A DNA stretch of 21,046 bases from Octopus sinensis (taxonomy: Eukaryota): contig NW_021823865.1 in NCBI RefSeq assembly GCF_006345805.1, positions 1 to 21,046 on the forward strand, given 5' to 3'. Below, one piece after another: positions 20,002 to 21,046 of the stretch. Within the stretch, counting starts at the first letter, position 1. Each line of letters begins with the position of its first letter. The position numbers and the translations under genes were made by a program. The notes under the pieces are model-generated. The model did not search any database. It saw only the letters and a list, made by a program, of their open reading frames with translations, and was not told the origin of the DNA.

Positions 20002-20336
20002 GCCCAGTGGTTGTGTGTGTTTATTGAGCGAAAACACCTAAAGCTCCACGAGGCTTCCGGCAGGGGGTGGTGGCGACCCCTGTTGTACTCTTTCGTTCCA
20101 ACTTTCTCTCACTCTTCCTGTTTCTTGTCCCCGACTTCCTACACAACTGCTGAGCCTGGATGCGCATTCATCCATCCATCGATGCTCTCGGTGTCGGGGG
20201 TTGACCTGCTTTCTCTTCTGCGGGTCTTACAAATAGCAAAGGACCACGTTTCGGGCTTCTCCCACTACAGACAATCCTGAGGCGCGATCTTGCGACCTCT
20301 GGGACGAAGACCGTTCGCTCAACAGCAACAACAACA
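19997..20336 (+). mobile_element. Head-A SINE with deleted B box and a third tail type ending in (CAA)n
   Basis: caatggcccagtggtt joins directly to gtgtgtgtttattgagcgaaaacacctaaagctccacgagg. It matches 13651-14037 up to ctttctctcactctt, then carries a different 3' part. Confidence 0.85.
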
Positions 20337-20384
20337 GAAATATTTTCAATAACATCTAAAAAGAATGACTCTATTTCCAAGAAG

Positions 20385-20730
20385 AATAAGGGGAATAACA
20401 ACAACTTTATAAACAAGAACAAAAGTGGTTCTAATAAAAATTACAATAAGAACAATGAGAACAACATTTATAAATTACAATAATAACGACTACAATAATA
20501 AAGACAACAATTACAATAGTAACAATTATAATAGAAATACCAATAAATACAACAAAAACTGCAATAAAAAAAAATAACTAAAACTATAATTGCATCATCA
20601 AGAGCATGATGATGAAGAAGAAGAACAATAATAGCAATCAAACTGACAACAACAGCAATGACATCACCACCACAACCACGACCAGCAACAACAACAACAA
20701 CAACAACAACAATAACAGCGATAACAATAA
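20385..20730. repeat. Degenerate (AAC)n/(AAT)n low-complexity tract
   Basis: Directly visible in the sequence. Confidence 0.9.
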
Positions 20731-21046
20731 CGGAATAAAATTACGGTTATTTGCTAATGCTTATAATCTAATCAGAGTTTATGGGGCGTTTTTGTTTACT
20801 TGTTTATGTATGTCTTGTTTTACAGACTCTCACACACACACACACATATATATATACAAATCTTTTCATTTCTTTTCTTAACTTGTTTTTTCCTTTTTAC
20901 AACACTTACGAAATATATAGCTCACAGGTATCTTCACACTAACAGCACCATGTACTGCACCTCTGTATGTGCACATATATGTAGGGCGCTATATTCTTTT
21001 TTGTTGTTACATTAGTTATTCCATGGTAAACGTAATTTTGTTTGGT

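Noticed and set aside
20606-20881. Poly-Asn/Thr protein ORF
   Set aside because: It is an (AAC)n low-complexity tract with no other coding evidence.

Overview
AT-rich eukaryotic non-coding DNA, most likely an intron or intergenic region of an octopus (coleoid cephalopod) genome. The organism is inferred from the SINE families and the very high microsatellite load. No intact protein-coding gene is supported, and nearly all listed ORFs are translations of TA/CA/GA microsatellites or SINEs. The window holds many tRNA-derived SINE copies built from interchangeable heads and tails, a decayed mariner transposase fragment (2750-3127, -), a 5'-truncated RTE-clade LINE 3' end (5826-6331, -), and a 368-bp TSD-flanked, highly structured element resembling RTE 5' and 3' ends (5104-5471). 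It also holds two copies of a TIR-bounded MITE carrying internal (TTAGGG)n, a ~128-bp multi-hairpin tandem array (17487-18363), and several Penelope-type hammerhead-ribozyme-like motifs with non-canonical cores (best at 3526-3657 and 18606-18641). One weak candidate exon lies at 11493-11698. Family names come from recalled motifs, not from database searches.
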